DNA of 64,000 nucleotides from Trueperaceae bacterium (GTDB lineage Bacteria; Deinococcota; Deinococci; Deinococcales; Trueperaceae): NCBI GenBank assembly GCA_034520945.1, contig JAXHNB010000006.1, positions 288,001 to 352,000 of the forward strand, read 5' to 3'. Shown piece by piece: positions 42,527 to 51,509 of this stretch (position 1 is its first letter; each line of letters starts with the position of its first letter). The notes under the pieces were generated by a model. It saw only the letters and a program-made list of their open reading frames with translations, ran no database searches and was not told where the DNA came from. The position numbers and the translations under genes were made by a program.

Positions 42527-44419
42527 CTATTCCTTGTAGACCTCGAAGTTCTGGTACATGTTCAGCACCTCGCTCTTGGACAACGGGTAGTCGAAGACCA
42601 TCAGTTCGTCGATGGAACCGTCGAAAGGAAACCTTCCGCCGCACCTACCGTTACAGGGCACGATCAGTTCACTCGAGCCTACCCGCGTGAGCTGGATGGC
42701 GTCACCTGTGGGTGCATATCTGCTGTTTCCGGTATCGGAGCCTTCCTCTAGTTGACCGTTGACGTAGAGCCGCATGAGATCGATCTCGTTGTCCGCGCTC
42801 CCGTAGACGACGGCGACGTGGGTCCATTCGCCGGCAGGAATCGTGGTCTGTGACTCCACCACTTCTACGTCGTCCGAAGAGCTCGAAGGGCGGTAGAAGA
42901 ACTGCAGGTGTGCCCCGTCGCTCCTTGCCACCGCGCGGAACGCGTAGTCACCGACCGTCGTGGTCGCCCCCAGTTGACTGATGATGGTCTGTACTCCGCT
43001 CTCCGTGCGAGGTCGGATCCAGGCACTGATGCTGAACAGGCTGCCGCGCTCGATGAGTTCGGTGGTGGGCCAGGTGTTCGCGCTCTCGAACGCGCCGTCG
43101 AAACTGAAGCCTTGGTCGAAGCGACCCGCTCCGATGACTTCCTGTTCGCCCACGCCGCCCAAATCGACGTCGCCTTTGCTGTCTGCCAGCGTGCCGTCCC
43201 CCGTCCAGTAGTGCACGGGTTGTGGCAGGGTGCCCCCAATTACGGCTTCGCAGGTTTCGACGTCGTACTCGGTGGTGTTGCTGACCCTGGCCAACGCGTT
43301 GTTCCCGAGGTTGCGCAGATTGAACGAGATGGGTTCGACCTGGTTGAGTTGAATCTCTGCCTCGAAGTAAGACTCCAAGTTGCCTTCACGAATCAAGTTG
43401 GCAACGCCCGTGTTGGGGCCACCGATGGCGAGCACTTCGATGTTGGCGCCTCGCAGCGTTTCTTCTAGTTCTGCCTCTGCATATCCGTCGACGCCGCCGG
43501 CCGGCGCGTTGTAGGAGAACTCCAGCGCCGCCTCGATCCGTTCGCGGGACTCGGACGAGGTGAACGAGTACATGAGGATGCGCCCGTAAGACACGCTCGA
43601 GATGTAGAGCGGCAAATTGTCGGGACTTACACCAAAACTCCGCAAATCCTGCGCACTGGTCTCGTCGGTGAAGAACGCTGCGGGGCTCTCGGGTTGGTCC
43701 ACGCTCATGGTGAACAGCCTCTGGACGAAGTAGGCCGTGTACGTGTACTCGTTGGCTTGTCGCTGATAGTCGAGCGAAGCGCTGGCAGAGGACCCCAGGT
43801 ACCGACCTTCCAAGCCGAGCTCCAAGCTGGCTTGGGTGGCGCTGTAACTCTCGACGGACTCGAACTGGCTGAAGCCTGCCCCCACCGCAACGTCGCTTTC
43901 GACCGCGTTGGCGATGAGCTGGTTGATGCCTTCGCGCACGGTGCTGGCGACAGGCTGCTCGATGATCGTGCTGATGCCCGAGCGTACCCCCAGCACCCCA
44001 CCCCCCTCGACCGAGATGCCCAACGGCGTGCGCCTACTCTTGTCGAGCGCCAGCAGTCGAAGCGAGCCAGCCAAGTGGGAGTTGCCCTGGATGAGTGCGC
44101 CGGGCCAGATAAGACCTGCGTTGGGGTTCGTCATCACGATCTGCTCGGGGTTCTTGGTCAGGCTGTAGTGCTGTGTGCGACAGCTATAGAGTTGATTGTC
44201 CACGAGCTCTTCTTCGGGGTCGCTGGCTTCGCCCACGGGCATACCGCTGTTCTCTTCCTCGAGGGGGGCGACCTCCTCCCAGTCGGGCAAACCGCCGAGA
44301 AACGCATCGACGTCGTTTTCTCCACCACCGCCATTTCCGGTGGTTGGGCTACTGCTACACGCAACGAGGCCTATGAGTAGAGTGCCTGCGACCATAGAGC
44401 GTAACGAGACGGGGTTCAT
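42527..44419 (-). CDS. Thiol-activated cytolysin family (CDC-like) lipoprotein with C-terminal LamG/concanavalin-like domain
   Basis: Lipobox LVAC; IWPGALIQG, R.PL.IS, FVQRLFTMSVD.P..PA.FF, PLYISSVSYGR, IGG, PISF.LR.L; LamG FSISAWIRP, GEWTHVAVVY, LYVNGQL, F.GSIDEL.VFD.PLS. Confidence 0.88.
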   Translation of the reverse strand: MNPVSLRSMVAGTLLIGLVACSSSPTTGNGGGGENDVDAFLGGLPDWEEVAPLEEENSGMPVGEASDPEEELVDNQLYSCRTQHYSLTKNPEQIVMTNPNAGLIWPGALIQGNSHLAGSLRLLALDKSRRTPLGISVEGGGVLGVRSGISTIIEQPVASTVREGINQLIANAVESDVAVGAGFSQFESVESYSATQASLELGLEGRYLGSSASASLDYQRQANEYTYTAYFVQRLFTMSVDQPESPAAFFTDETSAQDLRSFGVSPDNLPLYISSVSYGRILMYSFTSSESRERIEAALEFSYNAPAGGVDGYAEAELEETLRGANIEVLAIGGPNTGVANLIREGNLESYFEAEIQLNQVEPISFNLRNLGNNALARVSNTTEYDVETCEAVIGGTLPQPVHYWTGDGTLADSKGDVDLGGVGEQEVIGAGRFDQGFSFDGAFESANTWPTTELIERGSLFSISAWIRPRTESGVQTIISQLGATTTVGDYAFRAVARSDGAHLQFFYRPSSSSDDVEVVESQTTIPAGEWTHVAVVYGSADNEIDLMRLYVNGQLEEGSDTGNSRYAPTGDAIQLTRVGSSELIVPCNGRCGGRFPFDGSIDELMVFDYPLSKSEVLNMYQNFEVYKE

Positions 44420-44591
44420 GGTCCCTCCTTGGGCACAGTATAGGTGTACGTATGTGGGTTGTCGGTACAAAATACCCTTGTCGATCCACGAGGTGATACG
44501 ACGGCCGGACGGAATGCAATCTCCGATCGTGGCGGGTACACACGATCGCGGGCTCTTTCATGGTGTACATTTGGTACCTAGGAGGAAAAGG

Positions 44592-44861
44592 ATGGCGCTC
44601 AACATCAAGAATGAGGCGGTCGAGCGGCTCGCCAACGCCTTGGCTCGGCAACAGGGTATCAGCAAGACCGAGGCCGTGCGTCGCGCCCTCGAAGCGCAGC
44701 TGGAGCGGTCTGTCGAACCGAGCGGCGCCGATCGCGCGGCGCAGTTGGTCACGTTCCTCGAGCGCGACGTGTGGCCGTTCGTCCCGGCCGACCTGCTGGG
44801 ACGCGCGCCCGACGAGCGAGAGCGCGAGCGCATCCTCGGATACGGACCGGACGGCGTGTGA
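44592..44861 (+). CDS. vapB: VapB antitoxin (Rv0623-like)
   Basis: MALNIKN...LA..LA...G.SKTEAVRRAL ... ILGYG; SD AGGAGG. Confidence 0.9.
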   Translation: MALNIKNEAVERLANALARQQGISKTEAVRRALEAQLERSVEPSGADRAAQLVTFLERDVWPFVPADLLGRAPDERERERILGYGPDGV

Positions 44862-45244
44862 TCACTGACGCCAGCGCGCTCGTCGCGCTCCTGATCCGCG
44901 AACCCGGCTGGGAGCGCATCGCCGACGCCCTCACGGCCCACGCGTACGTGGCGATCGGGGCACCGACGCTGACCGAGACGGGGATCGTGCTGCACGCCAA
45001 GGGCGTTCCACCGAGCCTGTTGCCGGCCCTGATCCAACGCACGGACATCGAGATCGTGCCCTTCACGGAGCGCCACGCGACGGCGGCGATCGATGCCTAC
45101 GCGACCTACGGACGGGGTCGCCATGCCGCGTCGCTGAATTTCGGCGACTGCATGACCTACGCCGTCGCACGCTTGGCCCAGGCCCCGCTGCTGTACGTGG
45201 GGAACGACTTCGCCCAGACGGATTTGGAGCCGGTCCTAGGGTAG
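44858..45244 (+). CDS. vapC: VapC PIN-domain toxin
   Basis: DASALVALL..E, E, YGRGRH.A.LNFGDC..YA, L.VGNDF.QTD. Confidence 0.93.
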   Translation: MITDASALVALLIREPGWERIADALTAHAYVAIGAPTLTETGIVLHAKGVPPSLLPALIQRTDIEIVPFTERHATAAIDAYATYGRGRHAASLNFGDCMTYAVARLAQAPLLYVGNDFAQTDLEPVLG

Positions 45245-45283
45245 TCGAGCGCGAGGTCGGTGGGCGCGACCGGGTTCTCGGTC

Positions 45284-46180
45284 CTACTGCGCGTTCGCGG
45301 AGGTGCGTTCGATGCGGTGGCCCGCGCCGATCAGCGCCGCGACCGCGTCGTCGAGGGCCGCGTCCTTCACCAGGAGCCAGTCGGTGTCGAAGGTGGAGAC
45401 CGCGAACACGGCGACGCCCACCGCCTCGAGGGGCCGGAGCAACGATAGCAACACCCCGGTGAGCGCGAGATCGAGGGGTCCCGACACCTGAAGGGCGCGC
45501 CACCCGGACTCGGCCCGAACCTCCTGCGGCACCACCGCGGCGCGGCACACGACCGAGGTTTCGTGCGGCGTGCGGGTGATGGACGTGAACGGTTCGCCCT
45601 CGAGCCACGGGGGTGCGGCGGTGCCGGCCGGGAGCCGGCACACGGCCAGGATCTCGGGGAGGACGTACAGCGCGAGCGCGTGGTCGTTCGTCGGCGTGCG
45701 GTGCGGAAGGTCGATCGCCATCTCGTGTTCGCGCACGTGCGTTCGTGGCGGCGGCAGCGATCCCGTCGCGCCGGTCGCGACGAAGCCGTGACGCTCGTAG
45801 AGCCGCCGTGCCGGCGCGTTGTGCGTCCCGACGTCCAGGAGCAGGCGCCGCAGGCCACGTCCCCGCGCCCACGCGAGGACGAAGCGCACGAGCGCGGCAC
45901 CGACCCCGCGTCCGCGCGCTTCGGGCGCGACCCACATCGAGATCAGGTACCCCGCGTCGGGATCCAGGTCGTGCGGTGCGCTTCGGATCATGCCGAGGTC
46001 TGCGTCGCCTTCGCGCCATACGAAGGTCGGGAGCGACGCGAGCTGTTCCTCCCAGTCCTCGGGATCGCGCGTTTCCGCCTCGTCCAGCGTGGTCGCGAAC
46101 GCGTCGGGCGCATCGGCGAGGGCACGTAGGCGGATCGCGCGGAGGCGCCGTCCCTCGCCGACACGAAGGCACACGATCAT
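45284..46180 (-). CDS. GNAT acetyltransferase fused to a tandem ACT-domain (CASTOR/ACT_7-like) protein
   Basis: IRLRALADAPDAF, SMWVAPEARGRGVG, N.PARRLYERHGF; then LAVCRL, SITRTPHETSVVC, GPLDLALTGVL, FAVSTFDTDWLLV. Confidence 0.85.
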   Translation of the reverse strand: MIVCLRVGEGRRLRAIRLRALADAPDAFATTLDEAETRDPEDWEEQLASLPTFVWREGDADLGMIRSAPHDLDPDAGYLISMWVAPEARGRGVGAALVRFVLAWARGRGLRRLLLDVGTHNAPARRLYERHGFVATGATGSLPPPRTHVREHEMAIDLPHRTPTNDHALALYVLPEILAVCRLPAGTAAPPWLEGEPFTSITRTPHETSVVCRAAVVPQEVRAESGWRALQVSGPLDLALTGVLLSLLRPLEAVGVAVFAVSTFDTDWLLVKDAALDDAVAALIGAGHRIERTSANAQ

Positions 46181-46220
46181 GCGCCGGTCGGTTGCCTGGC
46201 CGGGCGCAGGTGGACGCCCC

Positions 46221-46766
46221 TCACGGGACTTCGCCCTGCTGCGACTCTGCACGGTCCGCGTCCGGCACGAGGTCCGCTTCGCGCGGCGTTCGCCCTTGCG
46301 CCAGCGTCTCGGCCAGCCTCCGCATCGTCCCGTCCAAGGCGTCCCGGACGCTGCGCCACGCCTCCAGGTCCTGTCCGCTCGGGTCGGGAAACGACACGTG
46401 CAGCCGCGTCGCCGCGGCCGGGTAGGCAGGGCAGCTCTCGTTGGCGTCATCGCAGACGGTGAGCACCACGTCGAAGCTCCACGGGTCCGGCACGTCCCAC
46501 AGCGTCTTGGAGGCGTGCCCGGAGATGTCGAGGCCCAGCTCGGCCATCACCGCGACCGCGTCCGGCTTGACCCGGGTCGCTTCCGTACCGGCCGACCACA
46601 CCTCGGCGTCCAGGTCGAGGCGGTCGGCGTGATGTCGAAGCCACCCTTCGCCCATCTGGCTGCGCGCGCTGTTGTGGGTGCAGAGGACGAGGAGGCGGAG
46701 CGGGCGCCCGGCCGCTCCGCACGCAGGCGTTTCCGCCTCGGCGCCGCCGCTTCCTGTCGCGCTCAC
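46221..46766 (-). CDS. arsC: Arsenate reductase, LMW-PTP type
   Basis: LCTHNSARSQMGEG, SAGT, TVCD.A.E.CP, FPDP. Confidence 0.9.
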   Translation of the reverse strand: MSATGSGGAEAETPACGAAGRPLRLLVLCTHNSARSQMGEGWLRHHADRLDLDAEVWSAGTEATRVKPDAVAVMAELGLDISGHASKTLWDVPDPWSFDVVLTVCDDANESCPAYPAAATRLHVSFPDPSGQDLEAWRSVRDALDGTMRRLAETLAQGRTPREADLVPDADRAESQQGEVP

Positions 46767-46844
46767 GACGGCCGCGTCACGAGCATGAGCTTCGGATCGG
46801 TGCAGGCCTCGCTGGCGGCGTCCCCGACCTCACGCGCCGCCCAG

Positions 46845-47135
46845 CTAGCGCCGAAACGCATCCTTCGCGCCTTCGAACGCTTCGCCCAGCGACGTCATCG
46901 CGTCGTCGACGCCCTTCCGGACCGATTCCCAGGCATCGCCGCTCGCCTGGGACAGCTCGGTGAGCTTCGAACGCCCGTCGTCGATCCGGCTTTTCAACGC
47001 CTCGATCCGCCGGTTCAGCTCCAGCTTCGCGTCGGCGTCGGCCTCGGAGGCCTTGGCCTCGAGCCTGTCGACCTCGGCCTTCATCGAATCGAGTCGTGCC
47101 TGCATCTTCTGTTGGTACAGCGTTCGATCGTCCAT
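46845..47135 (-). CDS. Small coiled-coil stress protein (sll1863-like)
   Basis: YQQKMQARLD...L.AKA..A.AD...L..ASGDAWE....GVD. Confidence 0.75.
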   Translation of the reverse strand: MDDRTLYQQKMQARLDSMKAEVDRLEAKASEADADAKLELNRRIEALKSRIDDGRSKLTELSQASGDAWESVRKGVDDAMTSLGEAFEGAKDAFRR

Positions 47136-47222
47136 TTCCGCTCCCTCCGGAGGGCGCGTCCGCGCGCACTGTGCGCCTGAGCGGTCCATCCTCGCCTTCG
47201 ATCATGCGCTGTGAGCCCGAGG

Positions 47223-47290
47223 CGTCACGTCCGCACCGTCACGTGAACCGTCACGTGAAGCGTCACGCGACGCGTCACGCGACGCGTCGC
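47223..47290. repeat. Degenerate 12-bp tandem repeat with CGTCACG core, about 5-6 units
   Basis: cgtcacgtccgcac cgtcacgtgaac cgtcacgtgaag cgtcacgcgacg cgtcacgcgacg cgtcgc. Confidence 0.8.
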
Positions 47291-47327
47291 CGCATGAACC
47301 GTGGGCGAGCGGCGGGTCGTGTGCCGT

Positions 47328-48812
47328 TCAACGATCCCCCTCCGGCGCCCACACCGACACGGAGCCGGGCGCGCAGGAGAACGCGCCCCAGCCGTGCTCG
47401 TCGGTGACGACCGGCGTTTCGACGTGGTCGGTGTGGTCGTGGTAGGTGGTGTTCGGCGCGCCGGTCTCCATGTGCTTGACGCCGCCACCTGCGTTGCTGA
47501 GCACGACCGCGAGTCCGCCCGGATGGTGTTCGTCGCCTAGGCGCGTCCAACCCACGCAGTTGGGATCGTCGAAGTAGTCGTACTGGTCCCCGTACGCGTT
47601 GCGACGGCGGATCTCGAGGAAGCGGTCGATCATCCACTTGTGGCTGTGGATGACGACGTCGTGCTCGCTACCGTCCTGACCGACGTCCCGGTACTCGGCA
47701 CCGTAGTAGTCGGCCGCGAACACGCACGGGTAGCCGCCACGCCGCAGCAGGATCAGCGCGTAGGCCAGCGGCTTGAACCACGGCTCGACCACCGACTCGA
47801 GCGCCTGCAGCGGCTGCGTGTCGTGGTTGGCGACGATCGTCACGGCCGCGTACGGGTCGGTCGAGACGAGGCTTCCGTCGAACATCTTGCGGAGGTCGTA
47901 CCCGCTGCCCGTCCGGCTCGCGTGAGCGAACGCGAACTGCAGGCCGGTGTCGAACAGCGAGACCTGCCGTTCGGTCCGCTCGATGAAGTGCGAGAGCGCT
48001 GCGCCCCGGTCCGACCAGTACTCGCCGACCGCGAACAGGTCTCGACCGAGGTGCTCACGGACGTGGTCCAGCCAGGCCCGAAAGAATTCGGCCGGAACGT
48101 GCTTGACGGCGTCGAAGCGGACGCCGTCGACGCCGGTCGTGTCCAGGTACCAGCGACCCCAGTAGAACAACTCCTCGCGCACGTCGGCGTCGGCGATGTC
48201 CAGGTTGCAGCCCATCAGGTAGTCGTAGTTGCCCTTCTCCAGATCGACGTCGTCGGCGAAGCGTTTGCCTGCGAACAGGTACACCGTGTCGGCGTCGCCC
48301 TCGGCCGAGCCGGCGTCGACGGCGTTGAAGTGCCACCAGTGCCACTCCAGCGTCGAATAGCGTCCGGCCCTCGCGGGAAACGCAAAGTGCGTCCACGCAC
48401 GGATCGTGCGCGGCTCGCCGACCGCCGAACGGCGGTTCTCCGCGTCGTACGGCGTTGCGGTGACCGTTTCCTGATGGTCGCCGCCCATCTTGTGGTTGAA
48501 CACGATGTCGGCGTACACCCGGATTCCGGCGTTCTGAGCGGCGCGGATGGCAGCGAGGTACTCGTTGCGCGTGCCGTACTTGGTGCGCGTCGAGCCCTTC
48601 TGGTCGAACTCGCCCAGGTCGAACAGGTCGTACACCCCGTAGCCGCTGTCCAGCCCGCCGGCGGCGCCCTTGTAGGCGGGCGGCAGCCAGACGGAGGTGA
48701 ACCCCGCCTCGGCCAACGCCGGCGCCTCGTTCGCGAGGCGTGTCCACAGCATGCCGTCGGCCGGCGTGTACCAGTGGTAGTACTGCATCATCGCGCCGTT
48801 GTGCTCGTCCAT
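47328..48812 (-). CDS. amyA: Cytoplasmic alpha-amylase (GH13, AmyA/Bacillus liquefying type)
   Basis: MMQYYHWY, GYGVYDLFDLGEFDQKG, DIVFNH, GVRFDAVKH, VGEYW, ANHDTQP, GYPCVF. Confidence 0.95.
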   Translation of the reverse strand: MDEHNGAMMQYYHWYTPADGMLWTRLANEAPALAEAGFTSVWLPPAYKGAAGGLDSGYGVYDLFDLGEFDQKGSTRTKYGTRNEYLAAIRAAQNAGIRVYADIVFNHKMGGDHQETVTATPYDAENRRSAVGEPRTIRAWTHFAFPARAGRYSTLEWHWWHFNAVDAGSAEGDADTVYLFAGKRFADDVDLEKGNYDYLMGCNLDIADADVREELFYWGRWYLDTTGVDGVRFDAVKHVPAEFFRAWLDHVREHLGRDLFAVGEYWSDRGAALSHFIERTERQVSLFDTGLQFAFAHASRTGSGYDLRKMFDGSLVSTDPYAAVTIVANHDTQPLQALESVVEPWFKPLAYALILLRRGGYPCVFAADYYGAEYRDVGQDGSEHDVVIHSHKWMIDRFLEIRRRNAYGDQYDYFDDPNCVGWTRLGDEHHPGGLAVVLSNAGGGVKHMETGAPNTTYHDHTDHVETPVVTDEHGWGAFSCAPGSVSVWAPEGDR

Positions 48813-48950
48813 CGGCTCTCCCCCGTGCGTCCACGCTTCGTGCGCAGTCCACATGAATACGGTACACGAGGAGTTCGCTTCGTCTCGGCTCCACCGGCCC
48901 CTGTCGGCGGCCGAGGCGCCCCCCTCCCGCATCGATGCCACAATCGCGAC

Positions 48951-49985
48951 GTGCCCGCCCCGACCCTGCCGTCCCTGCTCGACGCCGCCTTCGCGGCGCG
49001 TTCCGCGCTCGTCGACGAGGCGCACGACGCCGCCTTCCGCCTGTTCAACGGCCACCTCGAGGGCGATCCTCGCTGGGTCGTGGACCTGTACGGGTCGAGC
49101 GCGGTGATCTACCATCACGCCGCGCCGCTCGCCGACGTCGAGACCGACCACGACACGAACGACGACGCGGAGATCGACGTGGTCGTCGAGCGCCTGCAGG
49201 CGCACCTGCCCTGGCTGCAGGCCGTCGTGCTCAAGGAGCGCGAGGGCACGACCGACCGGGAACGCCACGGCCGGATCGTCTGGCGCCGCTCGGGCGGTGC
49301 CGCGCTGGCGACCGACGTCCGCGAGCACGGCGTGCGCTACGCCGTCGACCTGACCATGAACCAGGACGCCGGCTTCTACCTCGACACGCGGGCGCTGCGC
49401 GGCTGGCTGATCGACGACAGCGACGGCAAGGCGGTCTTGAACGCGTTCGCCTACACCGGCAGCCTGGGCGTCGCGGCACGGGCGGGCGGCGCGGCGCGGG
49501 TGCTGCAGACGGACCTGAACCCGCGCTTCCTGCGGGTCGCCGAGAGATCGTGCGCGCTGAACGGGTTCCCCATCGGGCGCAAGGACCTCCGCGCGCAGGA
49601 CTTCTGGTCGTTCGTGCGGGGCGCGAAGCTGCAGGGAGAGGCGTTCCACACGGTGATCCTCGACCCTCCGTTCTTCTCCGCCACCAGGGGCGGGACGATC
49701 GACATGACGCGCGACGCACCACGCCTGATCAACAAGGTCCGACCGCTGGTGCGCAGCGGCGGCACGCTGGCGATCGTGAACAACGCGCTGTTCCTGAGCG
49801 GCGCGGCGTTCCTGGAGCAGCTAAGGGCGCTGTGCGAAGGCGGTTGGATGACCATCGAGCGGTTCCTGGACGCGCCCGAGGACGTCACCGGCTACCCCGG
49901 GACGAGGCGGCGCCAGCCGGTGGTCGACCCTGCGCCGTTCGCGCATTCGACCAAGATCGCGCTGCTGAGCGTGCGGCACCGCTAG
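48951..49985 (+). CDS. Class I SAM-dependent methyltransferase (RlmI/RlmK-like)
   Basis: RLFNG..EG, QDAGFYLDTR, VLNAFAYTGS, ILDPPFF. Confidence 0.88.
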   Translation: MPAPTLPSLLDAAFAARSALVDEAHDAAFRLFNGHLEGDPRWVVDLYGSSAVIYHHAAPLADVETDHDTNDDAEIDVVVERLQAHLPWLQAVVLKEREGTTDRERHGRIVWRRSGGAALATDVREHGVRYAVDLTMNQDAGFYLDTRALRGWLIDDSDGKAVLNAFAYTGSLGVAARAGGAARVLQTDLNPRFLRVAERSCALNGFPIGRKDLRAQDFWSFVRGAKLQGEAFHTVILDPPFFSATRGGTIDMTRDAPRLINKVRPLVRSGGTLAIVNNALFLSGAAFLEQLRALCEGGWMTIERFLDAPEDVTGYPGTRRRQPVVDPAPFAHSTKIALLSVRHR

Positions 49986-50076
49986 CGACAGGTGGCGCCG
50001 TGTCGCGACGCGAAGCGAGCAGCGGCGACGTCCCGACGCGCGGGCCGTCGAACCGCTTCGGCGCCGCTGGTTCGGT

Positions 50077-50574
50077 CTACCAACCCTCGGTCCCCGGCCC
50101 GCCTTTGAAAGGTCCCGCCACCCGCGACGTCACCCAGCTGCCGTAGAAGTCGCCACCGACGGGGCGCACGGCCTCGCCGTCGACCGTGATCCGGTCGACG
50201 CGCGATGGGTAGAAGGCGATCCAATGGGCGATCGCGGCGTAGCGCCGCGACGGCGTGGCGTACCACCAGCACGCCTGAACTGCGCGTCGATCGCCGATGA
50301 CCGCGTCGGCGTACGCGGCCGCCCCCTTGAACTCGCAGAACGTCCGGCGGTCGATGGGCACGAGGAGGTCCATCCGAACGTCTTCGGGCGGCAGGTAGTA
50401 GACCGGTGCGTGCGAGGTCTCGAGCACGCGGATGGGTCGCCGGCTCTCGGCGAGCGTCGTCCCGGCGAATGTCACGACCACGAGTTCGGTCGAGGGATCG
50501 AGCGCGGGGGGGCGGGGGTAGTCCCAGACCGACTCCTGGTCGGGACCGACGGGTTCGGGGGTGGGCCGGTGCAT
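50077..50574 (-). CDS. DUF427 family protein
   Basis: QESVWDYPRPP, VLETSH.PVYY, CEFKG.A.Y, GDFYGSWVT, GPFKGGPGT.GW. Confidence 0.92.
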   Translation of the reverse strand: MHRPTPEPVGPDQESVWDYPRPPALDPSTELVVVTFAGTTLAESRRPIRVLETSHAPVYYLPPEDVRMDLLVPIDRRTFCEFKGAAAYADAVIGDRRAVQACWWYATPSRRYAAIAHWIAFYPSRVDRITVDGEAVRPVGGDFYGSWVTSRVAGPFKGGPGTEGW

Positions 50575-50630
50575 GCGCGAGGATACCGATGGGCGGCCCC
50601 TCGGTCGCCAACGGGCGCTAACCTGGCGCG

Positions 50631-51422
50631 ATGACCGGCGTCGCCTGGTCCGACCTGTGGGCACAGACCCACTTCGCCGATCCCGCCACGCTGCTGGCGG
50701 GGTGCGTGGCCGTGGCGCTGGTAGGTCTGTCGAAGGGGGGTCTGGGCGGCGCGTTCGGGCTGCTGGGGGTGCCGGTGCTGTCGCTGGTGATGCCGCCGGT
50801 GCAGGCCGCGGCGCTGCTGTTGCCGCTGCTTCTGATGATGGACGCGGTGAGCCTGTGGGCGTGGCGGGGGTACTTCGACCGCGCCACGCTCGCCGCGATG
50901 CTCCCAGCGGCGGTGCTGGGCATCGTGCTGGGCTGGCTCACCGCGGCAGCGACGTCCGAGGCCCTCGTCCGGTTGCTGGTGGGGCTGGTGGCGTTGGCGT
51001 TCGTCGTGCGTTCGGTGCGCCCCAGGCGAACGGTCGTCGCGGCCGAGCCGCGTCGCGTTTCGGCGTGGTTCTGGGGAACGATGGCCGGGTTCACATCGTT
51101 CGTGGCGCACGCCGGCGGCCCGCCCTTTCAGGTGCACGCCCTGCCGCTCCGCCTCGATCCCAAGGTGTTCACCGGCACGAGCGTGATCTTCTTCGCCGTG
51201 GTGAACGCGGTGAAGGTGGCGCCGTACGCGGCGCTGGGTCAGTTCGACGCGCGCACGCTCGCCTCGGCCGTGGTCCTGCTGCCGTTGGCGGTCGTCGCCG
51301 TGCGTGCCGGGGTGGCGGTGGTGCGGCGGATGCGACCCACGGTCTTCTACCCGTTCATGTACGCGATGGTCGCGTTGGTGTCCGTGCGGCTGATCTACGA
51401 CGGGGTACGTGGGTTGGGGTAG
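50631..51422 (+). CDS. TauE/SafE family sulfite exporter
   Basis: GLSKGGLGG, GFTSFVAHAGGPP, NAVK..PY. Confidence 0.9.
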   Translation: MTGVAWSDLWAQTHFADPATLLAGCVAVALVGLSKGGLGGAFGLLGVPVLSLVMPPVQAAALLLPLLLMMDAVSLWAWRGYFDRATLAAMLPAAVLGIVLGWLTAAATSEALVRLLVGLVALAFVVRSVRPRRTVVAAEPRRVSAWFWGTMAGFTSFVAHAGGPPFQVHALPLRLDPKVFTGTSVIFFAVVNAVKVAPYAALGQFDARTLASAVVLLPLAVVAVRAGVAVVRRMRPTVFYPFMYAMVALVSVRLIYDGVRGLG

Positions 51423-51509
51423 CCCGTTGCGGTGCGGAAGCGACCCGCGTCGTGTGTGCCGGCGCGCCGCCACGACGTCGTTAGCCTCAAGCATGGGATA
51501 CTATCAAGC

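Noticed and set aside
47223..47290. CRISPR array
   Set aside because: Units are 12 bp with no unique spacers; no cas genes.
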